From Plasmodiophora brassicae (taxonomy: Eukaryota): 64,000 nucleotides of DNA. The notes under the pieces were generated by a model that worked only from the letters and a program-made list of their open reading frames with translations, made no database searches and was not told where the DNA came from. The stretch spans positions 1,054,001 to 1,118,000 of the forward strand of contig CP145420.1 of assembly GCA_036867785.1 (NCBI GenBank), read 5' to 3'. Positions 1-12,446 of this stretch are shown here, one piece after another. Each line of letters opens with the position of its first letter. Position 1 is the stretch's first letter. The position numbers and the translations under genes were made by a program.

Positions 1-329
1 GCCCAGGGTTCAGCCACAGCGCCGCACGACGCCTGGCACACGTTCACCCCACCTAGCGCAACGCGGTTGTAATGGTCCACGGTCGACAGCAGCACCAGCG
101 GGTGGACAACGACCAGGTCCGGCAGCGGCGCGGGTCCCGACATTCTCCCCAACCACGAGGAACGAAATGATCCTCAAAGTCCGATCGCTTTTCGCCATAA
201 TCGCCATCGGCGTTTTTGGGTTTTGCTGCCGCCGTGCGTTTCTTTTTTTTGGTGCGATCTGGGTGTGCATTTCCCGACGACAAGTTTGTGGTAGCGCGCG
301 GGGGCTGCCATTTGCCAAATGCCTCGGTG

Positions 330-3300
330 ATGGCGACGTCACTGGCAGCGTCAGCGGCGACGTTGCTGTCGTTGCCGCCGCGGGTCCGTGGCGACGTGCA
401 GGGCTGTGCGAACGTATCGATCGGGAGGATCGCGTGGGCGCCGGCGACCCCGTCGTTCACGACACCGGCGCGTGCCGCCATCCGGTTCGGCGATCGTGCG
501 TTCCTCCGTTGCTAGACGCCGGGGTTAACAACCCTGACAGGTTGTTATGGTGGGGTGAACATGGCCGTGGGACTTGGCTAATGGAGGGCGAACACGCTTC
601 GTTCATCATACGCTGCGCGCGAGCTGACATGATCGGTTCGTGCCCGTGGATCGCGTTAGGCGTATTCTAATTCTCCATTCTTCAGCGTATTTGAACGACA
701 TGCAGACGATGGTCCTGGATATCCATGATGGTCATGATGGGCGTTCCATCGCCGAGTCGACCGTGGATCTGTCCCTCATGGTCTCGGACGTTCTTGAAGC
801 GTCGCTGCCTGTTATTTCCAAGGCATCCGCTGTTGTTGGGTACCTTTCGTTTCGTCTTGATGTCTCCTTCTCCGATGCCCCGTCGACACAGTTGTCTGAT
901 CCCGGTCCCATCAAACTTCTGACGGCATCGGATCCATCGTCACTGAATTCCCTGAAATCGTTTGATGATCGAAGCAAACCTGGCGAGTATGCTAAGCCTA
1001 CTAAGGCTCCCGGCAATCTGCAGATTGCGACATCCCCCGCGCCTCTTGCAGAAAATGTTCCTGGGGCTCAGAAGGCCCAGATGAGGCCGAGCTCGAAACC
1101 TCAGGCTACCGTTAAGGGGCGCCGTCCACAGCATCGCAAGGATGGCAATTCCGCCTTACAAAAGGAAAATATTGCCAGATTGCTTGCGCGTGGTCGGATG
1201 CTTCGAGAGCGTCTTGAGTCTGCCGCCATTGAGGCGCCCGCATCGACCTCCATCCTTGTCAATGCCCTCAACGAAGCTCAGCCCTCTTCCGATGACGACG
1301 CCGACGTTTTGTTCGCGAAGCTGTTCTTTGAACCGAACGGCTCCGAGGCTGTCGAAGCAGAGCGTCAGAAGAAGAAGCTGGCGCAAGCCGAGCTCAGGCG
1401 GGCCAAGGACCTTGAAGCGAAACGGCAAGAAGCAGCAGCTGCCGTTGCTGCCGCCGCAGCCTCGGAGGCCAAACAATCTTCTACGTTCGACGTTACGCTG
1501 GCCACATTGCATCTGGACAGCGCCGAATTCCCCGCGCCACACATCGTCGCGATCCGCGTCGATTTCGAAGTTTCCGGTGGTCAGATTGGGGGGCGAGGCT
1601 CTGCCGTCGTCGCCGTAGGCCGTCGTGGACAGTCCGTGTTTACAGTGGGCCATAAGGCGTCCTTCACGTTTCCGGCGTCTGTCAGCAAAAGCAAGATGCG
1701 GTTCTCGGTCCACGTGGACGGCCCTCGTGGTCGCCGACGAACGGTATCAGGTTCGTGCAATTTGTTCACAGCTGCCCAGACCGTCGTGGTTAACCTCAAC
1801 GAGCGAGGGAGAAAAGTTGGAGATTTAGAGCTTGTTATACTACGTTCCAGTCCAGAGTTGACGCCCGGATCCCCGATGCCTTGTACCAAGACTCCCGGGC
1901 ACTTCGCTGACGCTTCGCAATCGGATAGAGACAATGCTTCCATTCCTCGGTCTTCGATATCCCCGGGTGTCACTCCTTCTGGTCCACCGCTGTCATTCTC
2001 CAAGTCGCCGTCGGTTTCCATGGAGCGAGGTGTGCGTGTTGCCGAAGTCAGAGGTCCTCCTGATGTAGACGATAACATGTCAAAGTCTAGCATACTCCCA
2101 GGGGACCTGCTTGTTTTCGAGTGTGTCGTGGGTTCGGCCACTTTGGACCTTGCCGGTCTGCCGCGATGCCAAGACACTTTCGTCTCATACCAGATGTTTC
2201 CGGATCACTCTCGAGTTCGCACAGTAGGCTCGTCAGCTCGCCTTCGGCCCGTGTTTAATCACCTTGACCACATTCCCCGGCTGTATTCAGAGAAGCTTCA
2301 TCTTTTTCTGGAAACGGCAATCCTTGTCCTTGAGCTCTGGACGTCTGGAGCCAACGGCCAGGCGCTTCTGCTCGGGATTGGAAAGGTACCCCTCCGACGT
2401 TGCATCGACGCGTTAAGGCATTACTCAAAGGAAGCCACTAACGACATTGTCCATGTTCTGTCTACCATTGCATTCAATGGCGATGTCGACATTCGCGACA
2501 TTGGGACCGGTGCACGCGTCGCGCGACTTGGCGTATCGGTCGCTCTGGGATCTTCGACGCAAATGTCTCTTCTCGGCGATCTGCAACGTTCCGCTCCTAT
2601 AATCCAACGCTTTGCCCGTGGATCTGCTGCTCGCCGAAGGCTCGGTATCGTGCGTCGTCGCAACAAACCGGCAACTCCCCAGTCGGAGGTACCGTCAGGG
2701 CCTCTCGAATTAATGGAACCATCAAGGCAGGAGTCCTCTGGGTCGCCTTCTGTACTCCATCGTCGACACCTGTTTTCGATTGCGATCCAGTATGTATCCG
2801 GACTTCGCCTGTCTAAGGATCACATCGCAGCTGGTCGTTCCGTCTCGGTTTCTTATCGGTTCCCTGGACAATCAGCTGTCACGAAGACCGACCCGTCTCC
2901 CATCAGCTCCGACCCCTGCGTACAGTTTAATGAGACCTCCATCGGGCACGTTGTTGAAACACTGCCTGGCACTACGCTTCAGCGACTGTTGCTGAAATCG
3001 CACACACGTGATATCGTGTTCGAACTTTGCCTCGATGACGGTACCATCCTAGGGAGAACGCTGTTGCCTTTGCAGTGCTTGCTGTCAGCTGCTTCTCCGA
3101 GTCATCAGGAATTCCACCTTTTCGTCAGACCGTCCAGAGGTCTTCTTCCTGCCCCTCCACCTTGTGAACTCCATCTCTCCCTGGATTATACCTCTGAAGC
3201 GTTGGAAGCTGCCGATGCTCAACCGGAGGACGATCCCCAATCAGTCAAGGTGGTTGTCGAAATCGTCGCAGTCGAAGGGCTGAAGGCTGCCACCGCGTCG

Positions 3301-6300
3301 ATGGCGAAACGTTTCCCAAGGATGAGGTCGGCCTTGAACACTGGACTCAATGTTTCTGCGGTGTTCCGTCTGTGTGATACTGCTGGCTCTCAGTTGCAGC
3401 GTGAGACTACTGTCATTGCACACACGTTTTCACCACATTTCCGGCACTGTGAGGAACTGGCGATCAAAACGAACGAAGGCTGTAACGCATTTGGCAACCT
3501 GCACGTCGACGTCGTCCATCACTTTACGGATGTTTCAAACGATGCCGCTGCGGTTTGCGTCGCTTCGTGTGACGTATCACTAAGTAGCCTGCCTGTTGCC
3601 GGGTGGTTCCCAATGTACCAAGATCGGGCGGAATATCGTGATACTCCTGTATCCACAGTCCAGTTAGCCGTCAGACTTTGCTCAGATCCGCCACCCGAGC
3701 AATCGCCTCGGCCCAGTCCTTCTCCAGCTAAACCGGTCGCCGAGGAAGAGAGGACTATCGAGTATGTTGTTGCAGAAAAGGAGCTTGAAACTGTTACCAC
3801 CGCTGTTCCTGGTTCCTATTCACTCGTTGTTGAAGTTGACAAGCTACGCGGAATTCCAGATAACGGCTTCTACATTTTAGTCTTCAGGTTTCGCGATCAG
3901 GTACGCCGCTCGTCAATTAAGTTAACTGCCTGCACGAGTAACACTACACAGGTACATTCTTCGCCGCCTCAGCGAGGCTATGATGTGCACAGTCGGGTGT
4001 TGTTCCCCGTTATTCAGTGCGAAGACGCCACAGCGCACGATCGCGTCCACGTTGAGGTCTGGTCCTGCTCTGATGTCACCTCATCATCACCAGGTGACCT
4101 GCGCAATCACATTGACCATGCGGCAGCTGACCCACGTTGCAGACATTCTCTTGGGGACTGCATTCGTTGATGTATCCAGTATACTTCATCATCCGTCAAT
4201 GGACGTGCCACCGGTTATCCAGGAAATTGAGCGATGCGAACCTGGTACTGGCAATTCGTGCTAACGGAACGCGATCGGCTACTGACAACAATCCTGACAG
4301 TGGTCACATCGCTTCCCGCAACTCTTCGAGCTCGAGTAGAAGTCGATGTTCCTCGACCTCCGCCGGCGATGAATGGGTTTCAGACGCCTCTTCGCCGGAC
4401 AATATCATACCGTCAGCCTGCCCGGCTACCACGCCATATAGACCCATCTCTGTTCATGACTCCTCCTTCGAAAAGGTATAATGGCTCCACTGCATTACTA
4501 ACCAGTAGTTTGATTCGTATTTCACCAGTCCAACGCTGTTTGTCCCATTGGAGCCTGTTGACGACAGACAACCTGGACAGGATGGTCATCTGGTTGTCAC
4601 TTGCAAACAGGCGGCGTGCATCGCTTCCCCGGACGCGTTGACGGGAATGCTTTTCGTATCATTCGCTCTTGCGCCACGTCCTTCATCGGCATGGCAAGCG
4701 GCTCAATCAGTCACTGGTCTCGTCCCAGGCAGCAGCCACCCCATCTGGGCGTACCGTATCTCACTCAGCACGGCAGTCCTCCCTGCACCTGATGACCTGC
4801 TCTCTCGTCGTGTCGAATTTACACTCTTCCATCGCGTATCCGGGGATGCTGACAAGCCCATTGGGAAAGGCAGCGTTTCTATCGCGTCCGTTGTCGATTC
4901 CGGCAAGTTTGCGGACTGGGTTGACCTCGTTGACAATTCGTCGCCGGTCGGGTACTTGTACGTTATTCTTGCTCCCGATCCTATTCTGCTCGATGCTCTC
5001 AAGCATGCTACTCCATCCGCAATTTGTCCCCCGAATGAGGGCAGTCCCCAGACCAAGTGCTCTAATTCGTCATCCGACATCATCCAGGTACATTGCTTGT
5101 TCGTGGTGTGCGTCCAACCAATAACTCGTGCTTTGCACAGGTGGAATCCGAGGAGGATTGCGAGGACGTCGAGGTTTCGATCGAAGACCCAGTCGGTCCG
5201 CTCGGGGTCCCCGACCTGATACCACCCGCCTCGATGGATGATCTGAGAAAACGCATGAGGGAGCTGGACGCTGTGCGGTCCCGCCTGGACACGTTTGACT
5301 CCTCAGCGATCTCAAAACCTGACCTAACACCGAGTTGCACACCGCTACGTAGACGAGCGCCAACCGTGTTTACTCCCGCCCCAGTTCAGGTGCATGTCGA
5401 AATCCAGACCGAGAGCGCGTCCGTCTCCCCAAGGCGCACGCTTGTTGCTAATTCGGGTCGTACCGACAGAGCAGATGCGAACGTTTCATCAGCGTCGATT
5501 GCCGTCGATGTTATTGTGGACTCTTCTGGTGACGCTGTCGCGACAATCGTCAAGCATGACAACGGGAGAGCTGACACCTCTGCATCGCTGGACGTCACGG
5601 ATGTGTTGGCCGATGATGGTCATCGGTCCTGTTCTCCTGTCCTACCTCCTGCGGCAACGCCCGATCCCAGATCGCCATCCCCTTGTCGTCGAGACGGACT
5701 TCAACTGAGCGACCACGGATCTCCTTCTCTGGAATCTTGCCAACGTGGAGCACGCTGTCCTACTCCTTGTCTTCGCGATATTGGGCAACTGGGCGCCCAA
5801 GCGTCTCCTGTCCCCGTCTGCGGAGCCGAATCACGATCGCCACTTCACCGCCTTCCAGGTGATGCCCTACCTAACGATGAACCACCTTTAAATGGCGCTG
5901 ATTACGAAGCTGGGTGCCGGTCATCTTCCGCTAATACCCGATCGCCTTCGCCTCATGGCGCTGTCGTTCTGCCACTCAACGAACAAGCGCCTCATACGGC
6001 ACCTGCCTCTTCTCTGCATGGGTGCCGTTCACCCAGTCCGAGTCACGCCGATGCGGCTCAACTCGAAGACCGGGCGTCTCCTGAAGTGCCGGATGACAAA
6101 CCGGCTGTGACCGTGGACTGGCAATCAAAGCCGGCCTTGGCAGATGATCGAGAAGCCGGGACCATGCTGGACGACGAGCCTAGTACTGCGTCATGCGACA
6201 AGGGCCCCGTGCTTGGACATCTCGGCAGTAACGCTGCGGCAGGCGAGTGGTCTCCCGGTGGCAGTGGAGTAACTGACGAGCCTGTAGCGGTGGCGCCCAC

Positions 6301-6766
6301 GAGCCAGTCAGGGCCACCATCGCCGGATCCTGTCACATCGTGCGGTTCGCCGGAAACGAAGACATGCTTCGAGGAGCTTTGCGACCAATCGTCGGCGTCA
6401 AGTTCCTGTCAAGCGTCGCGTGCATCATCGCCATCGCTACCACTGCCCGTGTCGCGACGTCTGCTGGACTGCGACTCGGAGCCTGAATCGCAGCAGGCAT
6501 CATTGGCCGACGATAACGACGACGACGACGACTGCGCCCCGATCGTGGAGAAGCTGGCGGCACCCGGCCCGTTACGATTCCGAATCGCGTCAGCGTCTAG
6601 TTCCCCATCACCGCCGCCGTTACGGGTTCCACTAGGGTTGCCACCTCGACCACCCCGGCCTGCCCCCGCCACACGGGACGGAACCGCGACAACCCCTGCC
6701 ACTGCTGCCGAGGACAGAGCCCGGCTCGAACGAATCGCCCGCATATTCGCTGGCAAACGACGATAA
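330..6766 (+). CDS. C2CD3: C2 domain-containing protein 3 orthologue (centriole/basal body distal-end protein), multi-exon
   Basis: The spliced N-terminus LPPRVRGDVQGCANVSIGRIAW...WWGE...FIIRC...AYLNDMQTMVLDI resembles the C2CD3 N-terminal C2 domain. Several further C2-like beta-rich blocks lie in ORFs 640-4170 and 4548-5219, with an IQ-like motif (IQRFARG). The C-terminus RLERIARIF resembles the C2CD3 tail. The ORF pieces are joined by short GT-AG introns. Confidence 0.8.
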
Positions 6767-6789
6767 TTTTAATCAAACACGTGTTCATA

Positions 6790-7110
6790 GTCAGCGTGTC
6801 GCAGTGATACCGTCCGACAAGGTGCGCTTCGACGACGACGCAGTGACGACCATGGGCGTGTCTGGACCCATCGGGTGCCAAAGCGTTAGCAAGGGTGGTA
6901 TCCATCTTTTGTACTGGCGACATCTCGTCGTCCGCGATTTGTCGAGGGGAACCTGCGGGGCAGTGCTGGACCATCAGTGCTCGTTGGCGTCGACGTCGGG
7001 GCCAGGGATATCTCCTGGAAGCATTCGAAGAATGCCATGGTGGTGATCAGGGCGCGACACATCGATGTCTCGAACGCGATGCGCCTACGAAAGTCAGTAA
7101 TCCTCTTCCT
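6790..7110 (-). pseudogene. possible degenerate ankyrin-repeat remnant
   Basis: Minus-strand fragments DIDV..HGILRML..PGPDVDA* and HGRHCVVVEAHL look like broken ankyrin repeats. They sit directly downstream of the ankyrin gene and have no intact frame. Confidence 0.25.
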
Positions 7111-7177
7111 GCGACTGTATTCATTGCAAGGCGCAGACAGTGCGCTTCTCCTGCCTGCATCGTGTCTGCCTTGCAGG

Positions 7178-8383
7178 TCAGGCGCCCTGTCCGGTCCTGG
7201 GCAGCAGTCCTCGCATCCGCCTCACAGGAAGGCAGCGGGGCGGCTCCGAGAGTTTCGCCAGCAACAGCGCAGTGCCATGATGGCCACTCTGCAGAGCCAG
7301 CGCAAACGGCGTGTTCCGCCGCTCATCGAATGCGTGGATCTGGATCCCAGGCGCCTCTGCCAGCGCCTTAACGACGCGATAGCGGCCAAGCTTGGCGGCG
7401 TTGTGGAGCGGCGTTCCCCCGGTCGAGTCAAGCGCGTTCACTTTGGCGCCGTGTTTCAGCAGCACGCGAACAACGTCGTCGTTCCCGTATAGCGCAGCGA
7501 CGTGCAGTGGTGTCCTCCTGTAAGGCGCAACGCGTGAATTCACGTTGATATCGGGGATTTGCAGGAGCATGTCGACAACCACACAGAGGCCATGCGCTGC
7601 AGCCCAGTGCAGCACGTTCACGGGCACGTTCCCGGTGATGCGGGCCCATACGCCCTTGTTGACCAGGGTGGCATGAGCTTCTCGTTGTCGGAAGAGATCC
7701 GCATCCTCTCCGAGAACGAGAAGTTTACGGACCCCCTTAACGATCGCCGAGCGCGTACGAGTGTTCCCGGCACGACGAAGCTGGGACATGCCGCGGGAGC
7801 GGTCGACGACGAATCGGAGGATATCCGGAGGCATCTGTTCGCGTATGGATGCGAAGTCCGCCCAGGTACGCATCGATAACAGGACCGCAACCAGGAGCAG
7901 GTTCATGTCCAAGTAGCGAGCGGGGTCCAGTATTCGTTGCAGACTTGCCTGGCAGAGCCTCTCCTTGCGGACCAGTCTGAACCCAAACCGAACGGTGCTT
8001 TGCTTAATGGTTCTGTCGCGTACCCACTGGACGGCGCTTTGGACCTGTCCCAATGGCGTCAACGATCGATAGATATGTAGCGCGCAGCAGTCGAGTAATC
8101 CGGAACGTACGTCATCGTGTGCAATAGTTTGCATGAATTTCACAATCTGTCCCAGGTCCCTCCGTGCGACGTTGGGCAGGCGAACGAGCAGTCCGTCATT
8201 GTCAGCAACGTCCTCAAGCAGGTGCTTCAGCAGTGTGGAATGGGCGGCCGCAGGTATCTCGTCCACAGTGAATTCGGCGCCATCGCTGGAGCGGACTGTG
8301 ATGGTCACCGCGTCAATGAGGCCCGCGAGGACCGCGGCCAGGACGACGGCTCGCGATACGCGCATGCGATTGCCGATCGACAT
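7178..8383 (-). CDS. secreted SKP1/BTB-like + ankyrin-repeat protein (copy 1)
   Basis: Signal peptide (AVVLAAVLAGLIDA), then ITVRSSDGAEFTVD..HSTLLKHLLED..LPNV..L.QIVKFM (SKP1/BTB POZ-like), an in-frame intron at about 8045-8110, and about 4 ankyrin repeats (TPLHVAA, TPLHNAA). Confidence 0.8.
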   Translation of the reverse strand: MSIGNRMRVSRAVVLAAVLAGLIDAVTITVRSSDGAEFTVDEIPAAAHSTLLKHLLEDVADNDGLLVRLPNVARRDLGQIVKFMQTIAHDDVRSGLLDCCALHIYRSLTPLGQVQSAVQWVRDRTIKQSTVRFGFRLVRKERLCQASLQRILDPARYLDMNLLLVAVLLSMRTWADFASIREQMPPDILRFVVDRSRGMSQLRRAGNTRTRSAIVKGVRKLLVLGEDADLFRQREAHATLVNKGVWARITGNVPVNVLHWAAAHGLCVVVDMLLQIPDINVNSRVAPYRRTPLHVAALYGNDDVVRVLLKHGAKVNALDSTGGTPLHNAAKLGRYRVVKALAEAPGIQIHAFDERRNTPFALALQSGHHGTALLLAKLSEPPRCLPVRRMRGLLPRTGQGA

Positions 8384-8600
8384 CGTGTCTTTCCTGACCT
8401 GTCGGGATTGTACGTCTGTGCAAGCAGATAGAGCCTATGCGTCCAGGCGCCGCGGAGCTTTTGGGATGCGTCAAGGCGCCGCGGGCTTTGCGAAACTGCG
8501 CCCGCACACTTGTGGGCCTGGACGCGCGCGGATTGCGTGACCTGGACCAGTGACGCAATCGACGCCCCGCAGGGCATTGGTCGATGTATTGGGCCGCACG

Positions 8601-10237
8601 CTACCCGCGGGTCGTCATCAGCAGATCCATGATACCGCGATGCGCACCCGTATGCGCAGCCACGTCCAGCGGCGTCATTTGGCGATTGTCGCGTACGTTG
8701 ACGTCGGCCCCAGGGGCATGCAGCAGTAGAGCAACGACTTGGGCGTGTTGTTCGGAAACAGCATGGTGCAACGGCGTCTTTCCTTCGGTGTCGCGCGCGT
8801 TGACGTTGACCAGGGGCGCCCGGAGCAGCAACTCGACGATGTCGCCGCGTGGCAGGTACGCAGCCCAGTGCAGAGGTGTCCTGCCGCTGCCATCGCATGC
8901 GTTGGCGTCGATCCCGGGCGCCTTCACCAGCGACGCTACGACGTGGACACGTTGCCAAATCACAGCACGGTGCAATGCCGTCATATGGTCAGACGTTAGG
9001 GCGTTGACGTCGATTCCGGGTGCTTGCAGCAACTCGTCGGCAGCATCGCTTCGCTCAACGACGACCGCGCTGTGCAACGGGGTCATCCCGATGGCGTCGC
9101 GCGCGTTAACATCGATCCCGGGGACTCTCAGCAGCGACCTGATGACGCCTGGGTACCCGCCGATGGCCGCAGCGTGCAATGGTGTCATCTGGTCCTCATC
9201 GCGAGTACTGGCGTCGACCCCTGGGACAGCCAGCAGCCGCCTGACGACGTCAACGTGCCCGTGAAACGCAGCCCGATGCAGAGGCGTCATTTGGGCATCA
9301 TCCCGGGCGTTGATGTCGACCCCAGGGCAGCTCAGCAGCGTGTCGACGACCTCAGTTCGTCCACCAGACGTGGCAGTGTGCAGCGGCGTCTCGTTCATCG
9401 GGTGGTTTCCATTCACGTCGATCTCGGGCGCCTGCAGCAACAGCCTGACGATGGCAACATGTCCCCAAATCGCGGCCTTGTGCAATGGCGTTAACTGGAT
9501 ACAGTCCCGTGCGTTGACGTCAAGGCCGGGTACGTTCAGGAGCAACTCGACAACCATGTCTTGTCCAACGTTGGCCGCCCAGTGCAGAACGTTGCGGAAG
9601 GTTCCCCATTGTGCGTCGTTGATGAGTGATGCATTGCCACCCGCGACGAGACGATGCCGAATATGCTCGACCAAGGCCCTCTGCTCGTCGGTGTGTGCGG
9701 CATTGCCGAGCTGGACAATGCCAGGAGCGTTGTCGACCATGAACTCGAAGGCGCCGGTCACCAGCATCTCGCGCATCGTGACGAGATCGCCCCAGGAGGG
9801 CTTCGCCAAGACGATGGTGCGCATCAGCGGGCGCATGTCGAGGTAATGCGCCGTTGTCAGCAGGCGGCACTCGGCCATCGTCCCAGGAGCCCTGTCGCGA
9901 ACCCATTGAGCGGCGAAGTCGACCTGTCGGTTCCGTTCATGACTGCGACGTTCCATATGCGTCAGCGTTGGATGCCTACCTCGTCGACTGCGACGGTATT
10001 GATGAAGTCCACAATTGGCTCCAGATCGCTTCCCGCCGTTTGAGGGACAGGAACGGGGTTGCCGTCGCCGACATCAGACACGAGGTTGCGTAGCAACCCG
10101 GAATGGGCGACGGCGGACGTCGTGTCGACGACGTGCAGGGCGTCGTCGCTGGACCGCAGCACCAGCGCGTCATCAGGAGCGACGAGCAAGGCCACTGTCA
10201 ACAACGACCACAGACGGGCCCGTTCGCCGCCCGACAT
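8601..10237 (-). CDS. secreted SKP1/BTB-like + ankyrin-repeat protein (copy 2)
   Basis: MSGGERARLWSLLTVALLVAPDDA signal, then LVLRSSDD..SAVAHSGLL, an intron at 9924-9979, and about 10 TPLH ankyrin repeats. Confidence 0.88.
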
Positions 10238-10670
10238 TGTCGTCACGTTGGTACCAACTTGTGTACACGTTTGATGATTTCGGGACCCCACCAACTTGCG
10301 AATCCACAGACACCGGCGAGTGCCACAGTCGCAAGTCGCACCCCGCGACTGTGCCATGTAACGCCGACGTCGCCACACGGGGCTGACTCGGACTGGCCCT
10401 GCGGGGCAATGTTCACCCCCATTGGACCACGTCCCCCACCCCACCCCGCAGCTGCAGGCGCCGCACAGTGGGTAACAGTCGGTAGTCCGACTCGGCAGCT
10501 GCAAGCATTGTAACGCAACTGCCGCCGGGTCAGCAGCCGCCGGCTGGCCAATACACGCCCCCCGGAGTCGTTTCTGTTCGGCATAGTTCATTTGCCGGCT
10601 GCACGTAGACGTATTAGGTATACTGCGGTGGGCCGCCCGCAGCCGGAGCCCGCAGTGTCGACGGACGTCA

Positions 10671-12354
10671 ATGGGGATCAAGGGTTTGCCCGGCGGGTGC
10701 GGAATGGCCGCGAGTGTCCCTGATGGTCGGCGCGTGTAGGTCTGCAGAAGCTGATATCCGACCATGCGGTGTCGGCCATCAAGGAATCCGAGATCGGCAA
10801 CTACTTCGGGCGCAAGATCGCCATTGACGCGTCGATGGCGATTTATCAGGTGCGCGCGGCCTGGTGCCCGTTCGGTATCACACTGGGCGTTGACATGCGC
10901 ATGGGTCGCACAGTTTATGATTGCGATTCGGACGTCGGGCGAATCGGGTTCGGTCCAGCTGACGAATGAGAATGGCGACGTCACGAGCCACCTGCAGGGG
11001 CTGTTCTACCGGACGATTCGCATGATGTCGGCGGGCATCAAACCCGTTTTCGTGTTCGACGGCAAACGTATGTGCCATGGAACGTCACACCCCACATAAT
11101 TGATTGCTCTAATTGCGAACCTTCAACAGCGCCGACCATGAAGAGCGGAGAGGTCTGTCCTAGCAGGTCCGGTCGTTGTCGTCCAACGCGTCTTGATATT
11201 CGTCCGGATAGTTGCTCAAGCGGACAGATCGTCGCGCAGAGGCAGAACAGAATCTGGCACAGGCGCACGAGGACGGCAACAAGGCCGACGTGGACAAGTT
11301 CAGGTACGCTGGGCAACCGCTCCCGTGGGATCGACCGTCGTTTGACTGTTGGCCGTAGTCGGCGCACTGTAAAGGTCACCAGGGAGCACAACGAGGAATG
11401 CCAGAAGTTGCTGAAGCTAATGGGCGTCCCCGTTGTCCAGGCGCCATGCGAGGTATGGGGCGTCTCCACTCGCGTTCTGTTCTATAACCCCCTGTCTTAC
11501 TATTACACGTTCAACCTGTGCAGGCCGAAGCCCAGTGCGCAGCAATGGCCAAGGCCAAACTCGTGTACGCGACGGCCACCGAGGACTTGGACGCGTTGAC
11601 GTTTGGCACACCTGTTCTGCTTCGACACTTGACGTCAGCGCTTGTCGTGTGCCTCTTGCTCGGTTGCCCTCTCTCACACACACGCACGCGTTTGTAGGTA
11701 CTCGGCGGCACGGAAAGTGCCGGTCGCCGAGATCCATCTGGAGCAGGTCCTGACCGACATTGGCATCAGCATGGAGCAGGTATGTCGTGTATCAGCAGTG
11801 TGGCGTTGCAGAACGTGGTGACCCGTCCACAGTTTCGCGAGTTGTGCATTCTGTGCGGCTGCGACTACACTGGCTCCATTCGAGGTATCGGCCCGCAGAA
11901 GGCCCTGACGCTGATCAAGCAGCATTCGACTATCGAGGAGGCACTGAAGCACATCGATACCGAGAAATTCAAGTAGGGTGCAGGCCCTGTTCAACGCCGA
12001 CCCGCTAGCTCTGACATTGTTGGCCTTTCCAGGGTGCCCGACGACTTCTTCTTCACCGAGGCCCGTGCCCTGTTCGACCATCCCGAAGTCCTCGACCCGA
12101 GCGCCATCAAGTTGGAGTGGGCGGATCCGGACGTCGAAGGCATTGTCAAGTTCCTCGTCCACGACAAGCAGTTCGACGAAGGTCGGGTCCGGGCCGCCCT
12201 CGACAAGCTGAAGGACGCGAAGAAGAAGAGCTCCCAGCAGCGCCTCGAGAGCTTCTTTGGGGCGCCGGTCGTCACCAAACGAAAGACGGCCGCGTCTGCA
12301 GGCAAGGACAAGAAGCCACCAGCGAAGAAGCGCGGGCCCAAGGCGTCAAAGTAA
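10671..12354 (+). CDS. FEN1: flap endonuclease 1 (about 9 introns)
   Basis: The spliced product contains [61 protein letters not shown], a PIP box (QQRLESFF) and a basic tail. Confidence 0.97.
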
Positions 12355-12446
12355 TTGTCATCCGCAGCTAACGCTTCGTCGATACATCACGTTTCCTGCG
12401 GTACAGTTGGCAACGTCAACAGGCGTCGACTGAGACAAAGTACAAT

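Noticed and set aside
1-329. Separate genes from ORFs 10-342, 53-481 and 167-670
   Set aside because: The conserved-looking peptide segments belong to spliced 5' exons of C2CD3 starting at 330; the remainder has no support.
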